From positions 1 through 64,000 of the IMG/VR virus record IMGVR_UViG_3300031993_000006: 64,000 bases of DNA. One strand, written 5' to 3'. Of the stretch, positions 1 through 8,878 are shown piece after piece. The stretch is from a virus (taxonomy: Duplodnaviria > Caudoviricetes). How positions within the stretch are numbered: the first letter of the stretch is position 1; each line of letters starts with the position of its first letter. A model generated the notes under the pieces. It did no database searches. It saw only the letters and a list, made by a program, of their open reading frames with translations, and was not told the origin of the DNA. The position numbers were made by a program, and so were the translations under genes.

Positions 1-868
1 CCCATCCTGTATCGTGCTCGGACTTGGCAAGGTCGCCTTCGGCGACCTGCCTTACATCCAGGTCCTCGACCGCAATCGTTTGGTTCTCGCGAATGAGTCG
101 GGTAGACAGCTTGTGGAGGAAATCCTTGCGTTGGCTAGCAATATGCTCGTGTAAGCGGGCGATGCGCTTGCGCAGCGCCTCGCGACGAGATGAATTGCTT
201 GTTTTCTTTGAAAAAGCTTTCTGGAGGACAGCGAGGCGGTCCTCGGCATGTTTCATATAGCGAGGGTTGGCGACGGCTTCGCCGTCGCTCGTCACGCAGA
301 AGTCCTTTATTCCGATGTCGATGCCTACGGCATAATCGGATTTTGTAAGCGCCTTTGGCGCTTCCTCCTCGACCAGTATCGAGGCATAGAACTTTCCCGA
401 GTGCGACCGGCTTACGGTCGCATGCTTGATGTTCTTTCCGGACCAGTCAATGTTCCTATAGTCCTTGAACTTGACGAAGCCGATTTTCGGCAGGCGCAGC
501 CTGCCGTTTTCGATTCGGATATTTTCCTTTGTCCGATAAGTGGTATAGGAGTCCCGGTCGTGATGCTTGGCCTTAAACTTCGGAAGCCCGACTCCATCGG
601 CCTTGCGTTCAAAGAAGTTCTTGAACGCCATATTCAGGTTAAGCACCTCGCCCGTGAGGGCGTTGCTGTCAACTTCCTTAAGGAACGGAAACTCGGCATA
701 GTAGTCGGTCGGCTTCGTCCGGCACTGTGTACCGGTTGCCTCGTAAGACTTCACACGAGCTTCAAGCATGCAGTTATATACCTTGCGGCAGCAGCCGAAG
801 GTCTTGCCTAGCAAGACCGCCTGCTGCCGGCTAGGATATAGCCTGATGTTGTATGCCCGTTGAAACAT
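1..868 (-). CDS. tnpB: TnpB RNA-guided endonuclease, 3' end truncated by window edge (not in ORF track)
   Basis: Hand translation from ATG 868 is open to the edge: [16 protein letters not shown]...VGIDIGIKDF...IAVEDLDV. It is closely similar to 38973-40145. Confidence 0.93.
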   Translation of the reverse strand, partial: MFQRAYNIRLYPSRQQAVLLGKTFGCCRKVYNCMLEARVKSYEATGTQCRTKPTDYYAEFPFLKEVDSNALTGEVLNLNMAFKNFFERKADGVGLPKFKAKHHDRDSYTTYRTKENIRIENGRLRLPKIGFVKFKDYRNIDWSGKNIKHATVSRSHSGKFYASILVEEEAPKALTKSDYAVGIDIGIKDFCVTSDGEAVANPRYMKHAEDRLAVLQKAFSKKTSNSSRREALRKRIARLHEHIASQRKDFLHKLSTRLIRENQTIAVEDLDVRQVAEGDLAKSEHDTGW

Positions 869-955
869 GTCTTAAATATACTCCATTTTAACAGTTTATT
901 AAAGGGGCTTTCATCTCACCGCCTAAAAGGCGGTGAGTTTTCCCGCCACTATACT
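1..955 (-). mobile_element. IS200/IS605-family TnpB-only (IS1341-type) element, copy 1; right part runs off the window
   Basis: Left-end hairpin CTCACCGCC-TTTTA-GGCGGTGAG (915-937, read on minus) is preceded by guide AAAA. Target motif TTTAT at 956-960 (minus). The end is nearly identical to 38886-38972. Confidence 0.9.
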
Positions 956-962
956 ATAAACT
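955..962 (+). promoter_or_regulatory. Late-type promoter TATAAACT
   Basis: Recurrent ATAAACT motif resembling the T4 late promoter TATAAATA, 7 nt before ATG 970. Confidence 0.7.
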
Positions 963-969
963 GTGTGTT

Positions 970-1194
970 ATGGCGAAGAAAATTAAGAAAATCGAAATGG
1001 TCAATCCGACCCCTATCCAGCCGAGCCCGTCCGCCGAGCCGACCCCGAAGACCCCTGTTGCACAGCCGCAGGCAACCCCGACGGCAAAACCGGCAGTAGC
1101 GCCGAAGAAGAGAATCCGGGTACGCAAAAAGGCGACGAGGCATCTCTCCGTCGCCGTCCTCTGCACCAACCCCGGTATCGGACGCTTTAGTTAG
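970..1194 (+). CDS. Small basic Pro/Lys-rich protein
   Basis: 74-aa ORF directly behind a late promoter motif. Confidence 0.6.
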   Translation: MAKKIKKIEMVNPTPIQPSPSAEPTPKTPVAQPQATPTAKPAVAPKKRIRVRKKATRHLSVAVLCTNPGIGRFS

Positions 1195-1802
1195 TCGGAA
1201 TCTTCCGGCGCCGAGTAGACTACCGGTTCCGGTCCATTGTCCCCAAAGATATCGTCGTTATCGCCCTCGTCGGATTCAACGGGGGCGTTTCCTATTGTAA
1301 AGGACTCGCATTCCTTGAGGATAATCTTGAATGGCTTCGGCTTCTTGCCGGAAACAGTTTCTTCCTTCTTGTTGAGGAAGCAGCGGCAGAACTTGTCGTC
1401 GAAATCGTCGCCATTCTTGACAAAGGTGAATGAAGCAACGCGGTCGTCGCCGACACGCTTGAACTCGATTGCGGTAAGCAGCGCCTTAAATACGATGCCT
1501 GGCTCGTCCGTATGGATGTCGTGGCCGAAGTCGACATCGAAGTAGATGCCGTAATCGCGCATATCGAGCTTGATTGTCCAATACCCGTCGTCGCCCGGGA
1601 TAAGATTTTCAAAGTTCTGAAGCTTTGTCACCAAACCGTGGGTCGCCCACTTGGAAAATTCGCGGGCGATGCCGTCGATTTCGCTGTCATTGGTATTGCC
1701 GAATGTCTTTACCTGAAACTGGCGCACTTCGCCATTCTTGGTCCCGAACTTAGTAAGTCCGCCCATAAAGTCGAGGTTAATAGCACCTTCTTTAGATTTC
1801 AT
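1191..1802 (-). CDS. Hypothetical protein with acidic tail
   Basis: 203-aa ORF with GAGG RBS and TTGCTATATTTG box upstream. Confidence 0.8.
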   Translation of the reverse strand: MKSKEGAINLDFMGGLTKFGTKNGEVRQFQVKTFGNTNDSEIDGIAREFSKWATHGLVTKLQNFENLIPGDDGYWTIKLDMRDYGIYFDVDFGHDIHTDEPGIVFKALLTAIEFKRVGDDRVASFTFVKNGDDFDDKFCRCFLNKKEETVSGKKPKPFKIILKECESFTIGNAPVESDEGDNDDIFGDNGPEPVVYSAPEDSD

Positions 1803-1836
1803 AGGTTCCTCTGGGTTAAATTGTACATTAACAGTT

Positions 1837-1854
1837 CAAATATAGCAATAAACT
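1837..1854. promoter_or_regulatory. Fused divergent promoter CAAATATAGCAATAAACT (early box on minus, late box on plus)
   Basis: Identical 18-mer at 32968-32985; both lie between divergent genes. Confidence 0.7.
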
Positions 1855-1874
1855 ACGGATAACGAGGTATCAAT

Positions 1875-2426
1875 ATGCCACAAAATAATGCACTTTTAAA
1901 ATTTTCAAAAGAAATGACCCAGTATGACCCGTTGCTCCAGGAGCGCGTAGAGGGCCTTTACCATAAATTCTTCGAGGGAACGGGTACGCTGACGGCACTT
2001 GATAACCTCCGCAGCGAAGTCGGCGACAACAAGTTGGAGACAGAAGGCGACGGCGTATTCGGCCTAGCAAATGCACAGGGTTACAACGACGGACTGACCC
2101 CGAAAGAAACCATTGACGACAAAATCAACCAGGGTATAGAAAACGGTAACCTGGGCGACTTCGGAACAGCAATCGCAACCGAACAGCCACCGACCGAAAA
2201 CGACCTCGGCCTTGGCGGATTTGAAACCCAGCCGGCACCGCCGCCTGATATGACCAATGGGCCGGTACCGCCGCCTGTAGATGAACCTTTTGACGACAGC
2301 ATGTTCGGTGACAACGGTTCCGCCAGCGACCTCGGCCTCGACGGTCTCGATGACGAGCTCCCGGAAGATAAGCCTGTAAACGGCGGCACGGTAGACCCGA
2401 ACGCAAAAACGGCAGACCAATTCTAA
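1875..2426 (+). CDS. Acidic late protein, probable head-internal protein
   Basis: Late promoter and GAGG RBS. N-terminal motif shared with 32993-33346; FFE-type putative cleavage site. Confidence 0.7.
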   Translation: MPQNNALLKFSKEMTQYDPLLQERVEGLYHKFFEGTGTLTALDNLRSEVGDNKLETEGDGVFGLANAQGYNDGLTPKETIDDKINQGIENGNLGDFGTAIATEQPPTENDLGLGGFETQPAPPPDMTNGPVPPPVDEPFDDSMFGDNGSASDLGLDGLDDELPEDKPVNGGTVDPNAKTADQF

Positions 2427-2446
2427 CAAATTTAAACTTAATCATC

Positions 2447-2474
2447 AAAAAGGCCGCCCTTTAGGCGGTCTTTT
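2447..2474. terminator. Bidirectional intrinsic terminator
   Basis: AAAAAGGCCGCC-CTTTA-GGCGGTCTTTT between convergent genes. Confidence 0.8.
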
Positions 2475-3665
2475 CTAATTCGGTTTGATAGTCGGATTGT
2501 ACTTTGCTCTCTCGCGCGTCTCCTTGCGCTTCTCCGCCTTGGCTATATCGTTGGCCACGCGGTGAGATTCCTTGTCCCTAATACGGAGCTTCTTGATTAC
2601 GGCCTGCCGGATTTCCTTGTTGTACTCGCGGCGCTGGTCAGAAACATTACCTTCGCGAACAAACTTCTCTATATCGCCGATTACCTTGCCTACCTTGATT
2701 TCTTCATCGTTCAAGGTATTCAATGCGGTAAGACGGGCGGTAGACTGTTCACGGATTCCCTTGACCTTTTCGTCGATGGTATCCCATACGCCATACAGTG
2801 ATGCGAAGTTGTCTGTAATGTAGCTAAGCAAGCCCCTTGCCGACATCGGGTTCCGGTTGACATTGCCACTAGGAATCGTACGGTCCGCCTTCCACGCCTT
2901 GCCCTCGACATCAACCGGCTCGATACTGAACCGGCCATCGGCGCCGATACGAACAAGCGTCATGTGTTCGGCATTTGCCGCCCACGCGATGCACTTGCGG
3001 CGGTTCACCCCGTTATCGTCAAAGCCAAGGCTGACCGTTTCGGGACACTGGAACACCACTCCCCAGAAATAGCCGTCGGTATCCTTCGGAGTAACCTCGC
3101 CCAACTTGGATACATACATATATCCGTTACGGCGGCCACCGACTTCTTCCGGCTTGGAGTCCGTAGAAATCTTCCAGAACGCATCAAGATTCGGGGCACC
3201 GTGGTAAACCTGCTCGCTGACAATCTGACGCGCTTCCACTTCGGACTGCATCATGTCGATATACCAGCACTCGTCATCCTCGGCCTTCGGGGAATCGGTA
3301 CGATAGAACAAGTTGAGCGTACCGTTGACGAACTCGAGCCAGTCCTTGTCGGTATCATTCTGAAAATCATATGATTCGAACCACTGCTGGTACTTCTGCT
3401 GGGCTTCAGTAGGGAGCTGGACAACTCGGAACATATTGCGGAACTGATACGGGGTATACCCGCTTTCCTGGCACTTCTTCATAATCCAGAAGTCAAGAAT
3501 GATGTCCTTATGGGACTTCCAGGTGATTCCGTCGTTAATGTAGTTGATGAGACGGATGCCGGCAATTTTCCTCGCCTTCATTTCCAGCAGGATAGACTCT
3601 TCAAGAACGACAGGCTGTGCGCTGTGTCCTTTCAGCATATCTACAGTGTTCAGAAGGATACCCAT
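2475..3665 (-). CDS. Hypothetical late protein with coiled-coil C-terminus
   Basis: 396-aa ORF with ATAAACT at 3684-3690 (minus) and N-terminal VLEESILLE. Confidence 0.8.
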   Translation of the reverse strand: MGILLNTVDMLKGHSAQPVVLEESILLEMKARKIAGIRLINYINDGITWKSHKDIILDFWIMKKCQESGYTPYQFRNMFRVVQLPTEAQQKYQQWFESYDFQNDTDKDWLEFVNGTLNLFYRTDSPKAEDDECWYIDMMQSEVEARQIVSEQVYHGAPNLDAFWKISTDSKPEEVGGRRNGYMYVSKLGEVTPKDTDGYFWGVVFQCPETVSLGFDDNGVNRRKCIAWAANAEHMTLVRIGADGRFSIEPVDVEGKAWKADRTIPSGNVNRNPMSARGLLSYITDNFASLYGVWDTIDEKVKGIREQSTARLTALNTLNDEEIKVGKVIGDIEKFVREGNVSDQRREYNKEIRQAVIKKLRIRDKESHRVANDIAKAEKRKETRERAKYNPTIKPN

Positions 3666-3762
3666 CTCATAAACCTCACCCTCAGTTTATGCTATTAAAC
3701 AATATTTGAAAAGGCAACGGCCATATAAACTACCTTCAAACAGCAACCAGAAGGTGCCCAAC

Positions 3763-4731
3763 ATGAGTATCCAAGAGTCACAAATTGATATGTTCGACTT
3801 GCCTACCGAATCTCAGCTTCTCGGACAGGCCACGCTTGAGGCCAATGAACAGGCAAAGAGCATGACTCCGGAATTTGAATCAGCTACATTTTTCCCGTTC
3901 TGGAAACCGACTGGGCCGCAATCGGCTGCCGTCAAGCTCGGTGACAAGAGCGGTGCCGTCAAGCCGAAGGTAGATTTCAACCCGTCCGAAACCCGTATGG
4001 ACAAGGTATGGGAAGACTTCCTCGCCGGCAAGAAGGCTCACGACAAGAAGAACGCCAAGCCGGTCACCGAAGTCGATGCATTCGGCAGCGTAGTCCTCGA
4101 CTCGTTCGCGCAGAAGCCAAACCCGAAGGAACTCGTCGGTTCAATCAAGGCCCTCAAGCGGATAGCCACGAAGGAACTCAGCGGGAAGGCCCACAGCAAG
4201 ACCGAAACCCTCGGCGTAGCAGAATTCATTGAAGTATCCAAAGCAGCCGACCCGAACAAGAACCACCTTGTCGGCATCGTTTCCCCGAAGGCAGCTATGG
4301 GCAAGCAGAATATTCCTGACTTGCTCAAGGGCAGCAAGCCAAAAGTCAACGATGTCAGTGGCACGGTAACCACGCTCAAGTCCTACGACGCCAAGCTCAA
4401 GGCTACCCCGAACGATGTCGAAATCAAGTCCAATGCGGCCAAGCCGGGAAAAGGCGACCATACAGGTATCATCTCCCCGAAGGCATCCATGGGCAAGCAG
4501 GCAGTCCCGGGCTTCCTCTCTGCAGGCAAGCCGAAGCTCAACGATGTCAGCGGCACGGTCACCACGCTCAATTCCTACGACACCAAGCTCAAGGCTACCC
4601 CGAACGATGTCGAAATCAAGTCCGACGCGGCCAAGCCGGGCAAGGGCGACCATACGGGCATCGTTTCCCCGAAGTCCGCACTGAACTCCGGCAAGAAAGT
4701 GTTCAAGCCGATTGACGGTTTCAAGGGGTAA
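3763..4731 (+). CDS. Lys-rich late protein with 64-aa tandem repeats
   Basis: TATAAACT at 3724-3731 puts the start at ATG 3763 rather than TTG 3706. Confidence 0.8.
   Translation: MSIQESQIDMFDLPTESQLLGQATLEANEQAKSMTPEFESATFFPFWKPTGPQSAAVKLGDKSGAVKPKVDFNPSETRMDKVWEDFLAGKKAHDKKNAKPVTEVDAFGSVVLDSFAQKPNPKELVGSIKALKRIATKELSGKAHSKTETLGVAEFIEVSKAADPNKNHLVGIVSPKAAMGKQNIPDLLKGSKPKVNDVSGTVTTLKSYDAKLKATPNDVEIKSNAAKPGKGDHTGIISPKASMGKQAVPGFLSAGKPKLNDVSGTVTTLNSYDTKLKATPNDVEIKSDAAKPGKGDHTGIVSPKSALNSGKKVFKPIDGFKG
4273..4674 (+). repeat. 192-bp (64-aa) intragenic tandem repeat, about 2.1 copies
   Basis: GI(V/I)SPK units start at 4273, 4465 and 4657, with near-identical NDVSGTVTTL.SYD.KLKATPNDVEIKS.AAKPGKGDHTG. 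Confidence 0.95.
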
Positions 4732-4734
4732 TCG

Positions 4735-5442
4735 ATGCCGGCTCCGGTCACTCCATCGACTCCCGAGAGCGTGAGAATATTGCGGCAGTCCCCGGTGCCA
4801 GTGCACCAGGGGTTCTGGCGCTGTTCCATCGGACCGCTCCCGGTGTCATGGCATGACGCGGCGTTCGACTCTACCGACACCCCGATTCCGCATACCGCGC
4901 CTCCCCCGGCAATCATCAACGCACTCATCAAGACATACATCTGCAACGGGCTAACCGAATCTTTCGAGTTCGAGTACCACTACAAGTTCCGTACCCGAAT
5001 CCCCACGCAGGAAGACAACCAGTATGACGGCGCATTGACGATAACGATGCTTACCGACCAGGGATACGAGAACTGGTGGGGCATCCACCGGTATATGGAT
5101 ACGGTCATGAGCGGGTACACGGGGGGCTTCCCGACAGAAGACCTGCACCACCGAGTATTCGGCACGGACGGGCGATACCGGAACAGGCTGACCTTCATCC
5201 CATACATCGACATCCACTGTGCGGATGACAATTCGCAGGAACGGATGATTGTACGGTACAAGAGATGCCGAATTTCCAACCTTTCCGACCTACAGCCGAA
5301 CCCCGGTTCAATCGACCCGGTTCCGTTCAACATCAGCGTCCTCTACGAACTGAAGGACATCATCCGGCTTCCTGACCCGAACAGCTACATGAGCGCAATC
5401 TGCGTCAGCACTAGCTCCAACGCATACGACAACCAAGCATAA
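4735..5442 (+). CDS. Tail tube-fold protein (gp3/gp54/gp19-like)
   Basis: Pattern LTITMLTD...W...IVRYKRCRISNLSDL...FNISVLYE typical of tube-fold proteins. Confidence 0.55.
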   Translation: MPAPVTPSTPESVRILRQSPVPVHQGFWRCSIGPLPVSWHDAAFDSTDTPIPHTAPPPAIINALIKTYICNGLTESFEFEYHYKFRTRIPTQEDNQYDGALTITMLTDQGYENWWGIHRYMDTVMSGYTGGFPTEDLHHRVFGTDGRYRNRLTFIPYIDIHCADDNSQERMIVRYKRCRISNLSDLQPNPGSIDPVPFNISVLYELKDIIRLPDPNSYMSAICVSTSSNAYDNQA

Positions 5443-5450
5443 GGACCGAT

Positions 5451-6587
5451 ATGGCAACTACGAGGAAATCATCGCTCACCAGAGTAAACGCCGACTGGCG
5501 CTCAGGCGCTCGCGCCGAGAATATGATGGGTTCGGGATACAAGAAATCCCAGAGGGCGGATTCACACCTTGGCCTACTCGACTACTATATGCCCAAGTTC
5601 TACGAGCTTGCGCGTGGTCATGTTACGAACAAGTACCATGTCGGCCTGTACGGTCCCTATGTAGACGAAGCGTTGCGCGTAATGGACCAGAATGCGGCTG
5701 GCGACAAGTACGATGCCGGGCGCAAGAAGTACTTCCCCGACACGAGCGACAATTTCAGGAAGACCCTATTCGACCAGTGGCTCAAGCTGCATTACGAGGA
5801 AACCAGCGGTGTACTCAATATGTTCTGGGCCTCCAAATCGGTCAAGATTCCAAACCCGACCGCAAAGACAGAGATGATTTCGATGGATTCCATCAAGTCA
5901 ATGCAGTACCCGGTAATCACCGGCATCAACAGCGACAATACGCTGGCAATCGATGTCGTCGACGACCCGTACCTCATGTGGTACAATTTCTTCAATGCAC
6001 TGTTCAATGTGCAGTTTTCACCGCTACTTCTAAAGCCGCGCAGCTCCCTCCAGAAAATCAATGTTATCGTCGAGATGTTCGCCGAGGGCATTACTGCGAC
6101 AAATTCCATGAAATCAATCGAGGAACGCGATGCGGGCAATATCTGCATGACCGACCTAGTTATCGGACAGATGTTCGAGTTCAACTCCTGCATCAGCACA
6201 TCCGCACCAAATGTAAACCTTGACTTCCAGCAGGCTACCCCGTATACATTCACGGTAAACCTCAAGTACCCCAATGCATTCCAGGGCTCGTTCAAGGACC
6301 AGCTCCGGTATCTCGCAGACGAGACTACCCTCGGCGTTGACCCTGACAAGCGCGAAGTTGCGGGTCTCACGAACTGTACGCAGACGCTTAAGAAAGTCGG
6401 GTGGAACCCGTATGGCGACTACAACCGCGGATTCTTCGAGGTGCCCCTATCAACCTGGACTGGCCGTTACAACGATTCCACATACGAGGCATTCCAGCCG
6501 AATGCATATATGAAGCTGGTCAAGAACGGGCAGGCCGCCTTCAAGAATGTGAAGTACAACTACGACCTGCACGGCCACCGCCGCTAA
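5451..6587 (+). CDS. Tail tube-fold/baseplate tube initiator-like protein
   Basis: SKSVKIP...LAIDVVDD...FFNALFN...FEFNSC...FTVNLKY tube-like pattern; same late operon. Confidence 0.5.
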   Translation: MATTRKSSLTRVNADWRSGARAENMMGSGYKKSQRADSHLGLLDYYMPKFYELARGHVTNKYHVGLYGPYVDEALRVMDQNAAGDKYDAGRKKYFPDTSDNFRKTLFDQWLKLHYEETSGVLNMFWASKSVKIPNPTAKTEMISMDSIKSMQYPVITGINSDNTLAIDVVDDPYLMWYNFFNALFNVQFSPLLLKPRSSLQKINVIVEMFAEGITATNSMKSIEERDAGNICMTDLVIGQMFEFNSCISTSAPNVNLDFQQATPYTFTVNLKYPNAFQGSFKDQLRYLADETTLGVDPDKREVAGLTNCTQTLKKVGWNPYGDYNRGFFEVPLSTWTGRYNDSTYEAFQPNAYMKLVKNGQAAFKNVKYNYDLHGHRR

Positions 6588-7369
6588 TAAGTAATATCGT
6601 CGAGTGTTACCGGATGACCGTGCGACAGATAGTCGCGCAGCTTAGTCACCTGCACATCGAGCCGTTCCTTGAATCCCGGGCCATACTCCGGCATCGGGCG
6701 AGGATGGTCCATATGTTTTACGGCATTCGCGCGATACGGCAGGAAAGCCATCGGCACACGGTATGTCCACGCTATGTAGGCAAGGAAAGCATCCTCGCCT
6801 CCCCAGTGACCATCAAAGGCTGGATGGAAAAGGCGTTCGTGCCCGGAGAACTTCTTCATTGCGCGACGGATGAGATGTACCGCCGGCCAGTTGATTGCAA
6901 GATTGCATGTCCATGTAGCAAGACAATTATGAACCCAAGTGACATTCTGTATCACCGAGCCTTCCCCGTCAAACACATGGAATTTCCCGGCATCGCCGAG
7001 TTCCCGAGGGTCCTTCCACCCGTGTTTCGCCTCAAGGCGGCGCCCGATTGAAATGACCGGCATCTTGCGGGAAATCGCATGCATATGGTCTTCAACAAGA
7101 GTTTCCTGCGGAAGGCAATCCTCGTCGACAAAAATAAGCCCGTCGACTTTCGTGTCACTGACTCCCAAGTAATAATCGATGCCGACATCGCGGCAGAACC
7201 CGGCATTAAAACATCCGCCGCTCTTCACGTCGATTACCTGAGTGGCACCCTCCACCTTCACATCGCAATTATCGCGGACCACAACCGTAAGGACATTCTG
7301 TTCGTTCAGGCGGGACACGACTTCGTTGATATGGTCGCCCCGTCTACAGGGAATTACTGCACCTACCAT
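6584..7369 (-). CDS. GT2 (GT-A fold) glycosyltransferase
   Basis: N-terminal AVIP, GFCRDVG, DxD (FVDEDC), TCNL and WGGED motifs intact. Confidence 0.85.
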   Translation of the reverse strand: MVGAVIPCRRGDHINEVVSRLNEQNVLTVVVRDNCDVKVEGATQVIDVKSGGCFNAGFCRDVGIDYYLGVSDTKVDGLIFVDEDCLPQETLVEDHMHAISRKMPVISIGRRLEAKHGWKDPRELGDAGKFHVFDGEGSVIQNVTWVHNCLATWTCNLAINWPAVHLIRRAMKKFSGHERLFHPAFDGHWGGEDAFLAYIAWTYRVPMAFLPYRANAVKHMDHPRPMPEYGPGFKERLDVQVTKLRDYLSHGHPVTLDDITY

Positions 7370-7370
7370 A

Positions 7371-8411
7371 CTATGACCTTATCAAAGTCCTCGCAATCTG
7401 TCCGAGCTCAAGCTTCTTGTTGCCGTAATGCTGGATAAGGTCGCAATAATCATTGTGCATCTTGATGTTCACCTTGGTCGACGGAATTTCCGAAATGAAT
7501 GTATCATACAAAGTAGTCACCGGCTCGGCAAGGAACTTCTTGCAAACTCCGCCAAATGTAGATACTCCCCATACCGAGTTGAGCGGAGTATTGTAGAACC
7601 CTTCCGGGGCATAGCGGAGCTCGGGGGGCATATCGTCGGTTTCGCACCACATCCTAGTACGGTCGAACTTCCCGGCAACATAGTCGAGATACTGGTCGAC
7701 TCGATTATCCATAACGATAACCTGTCCCGGGATACTGCGGTCGGTAATGTAACAGTGAGCGGTATCCCCGTCAATCTTCCGCACCAAAATCTGGAAGATG
7801 TTGGATATTGCGGCGCAAATCTCGTGGAATGTATGGTTCGGCTTGTAGTAGCATTCCGTATAGGACTCGTCGCCAAGATGCTGCATGGGGAACTCGTAGT
7901 CGAACCCGTACATTGTCAGGTGCGACAGTTGTGTACCGCGCCAGCGCATATTCTGCATAGCCTTGCAGAATGTATTGGCGAAAGCTTCCGGCATAATGTC
8001 CTTCATCACAGTCACGAGCCGTGACGGTGCGCTCGCCTTGTCGTTTACTATTTTCTGCACTTCCGGATTGGCATAGGCTTCCACCGCCGCCTTCCATTCG
8101 GCCTCCTCAGCAAAGGACTTCTTCGATAGCGGGAACTGGATTACGCCGTTGGTAGTATTCTTGATAGCCACCTTGTCGAACGGCATGTAGAAATAACGGG
8201 GGTTCAGGTACTCCTTATATTCGAGCATACCCGGAAGCAGCGCATCAAGAATATCCTTGCACGACTCTGACACCAGGTCATTGTAATCGTCGAGCGGCGA
8301 ACCCACCGGTGCAGTCTCCAGAAACTCCACCTCATTCCCATTCGATGCCAAGCTGGCCGCCTGCAGCATAGCATCAAGGGTATAACCGATAACATAAACC
8401 TTGTCACTCAT
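7371..8411 (-). CDS. UDP-galactopyranose mutase (Glf)-like protein, degenerate
   Basis: Rossmann-like start VYVIGYTLDAMLQAASLA, IQFPLS, and VDQYLDYVAGKFDR resemble Glf. GxGxxG is lost and the C-terminal GR..Y.Y motif is eroded. Confidence 0.6.
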   Translation of the reverse strand: MSDKVYVIGYTLDAMLQAASLASNGNEVEFLETAPVGSPLDDYNDLVSESCKDILDALLPGMLEYKEYLNPRYFYMPFDKVAIKNTTNGVIQFPLSKKSFAEEAEWKAAVEAYANPEVQKIVNDKASAPSRLVTVMKDIMPEAFANTFCKAMQNMRWRGTQLSHLTMYGFDYEFPMQHLGDESYTECYYKPNHTFHEICAAISNIFQILVRKIDGDTAHCYITDRSIPGQVIVMDNRVDQYLDYVAGKFDRTRMWCETDDMPPELRYAPEGFYNTPLNSVWGVSTFGGVCKKFLAEPVTTLYDTFISEIPSTKVNIKMHNDYCDLIQHYGNKKLELGQIARTLIRS

Positions 8412-8839
8412 AGTATCGTCGAATCCTTCTGTATAAATGGTAAGATATTCTTGTCTAGCCAGGCCTCGTCGGGAAATTCAAAAAGTATATCGATTACCTT
8501 GCCGTCGCCGTCGGTAAAGATGTTCACCGGTGCGAAATCGATATGCATGTCATCGAGAATGGAACTTGATTTCGCATCGTCGTCAGCCACGAGCCCAACC
8601 GAGCGGACCGGATTATCGACAAGCCCATACTTCGCAAACCAGTCATGCAGCCGTTCAAGCCCGTGCTTGCACACCGGGCATTCCGAATCGGCATTGTAGA
8701 AGCTGAAAACCCACATCACGAACCGGCGAGACTTGGCCTCGTCGCCATAGGTCTTCAACCCTATATCCCTCAAATAGATACTTAGGGGCTTATATGTCCC
8801 GGTAATGTCCACCGGTTCCCCGCAGCATGGTTTCGGCAT
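8408..8839 (-). CDS. Thioredoxin-like protein
   Basis: VFSFY...CPVC and the cis-Pro region APVNIFTDGDGKVI. Confidence 0.65.
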   Translation of the reverse strand: MPKPCCGEPVDITGTYKPLSIYLRDIGLKTYGDEAKSRRFVMWVFSFYNADSECPVCKHGLERLHDWFAKYGLVDNPVRSVGLVADDDAKSSSILDDMHIDFAPVNIFTDGDGKVIDILFEFPDEAWLDKNILPFIQKDSTIL

Positions 8840-8878
8840 AATAATTTCCTCTTCAGGAAGAAAACTATACCAATTTGA

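Noticed and set aside
248-811. Plus-strand ORFs at 24-260 and 248-811, and minus-strand ORFs at 39030-40088
   Set aside because: They are antisense shadows of the two tnpB genes.
4273-4674. Repeats as a CRISPR array or DGR template/variable pair
   Set aside because: They are in-frame coding repeats without spacers, the differences are not adenine-specific, and no reverse transcriptase or cas gene is present.
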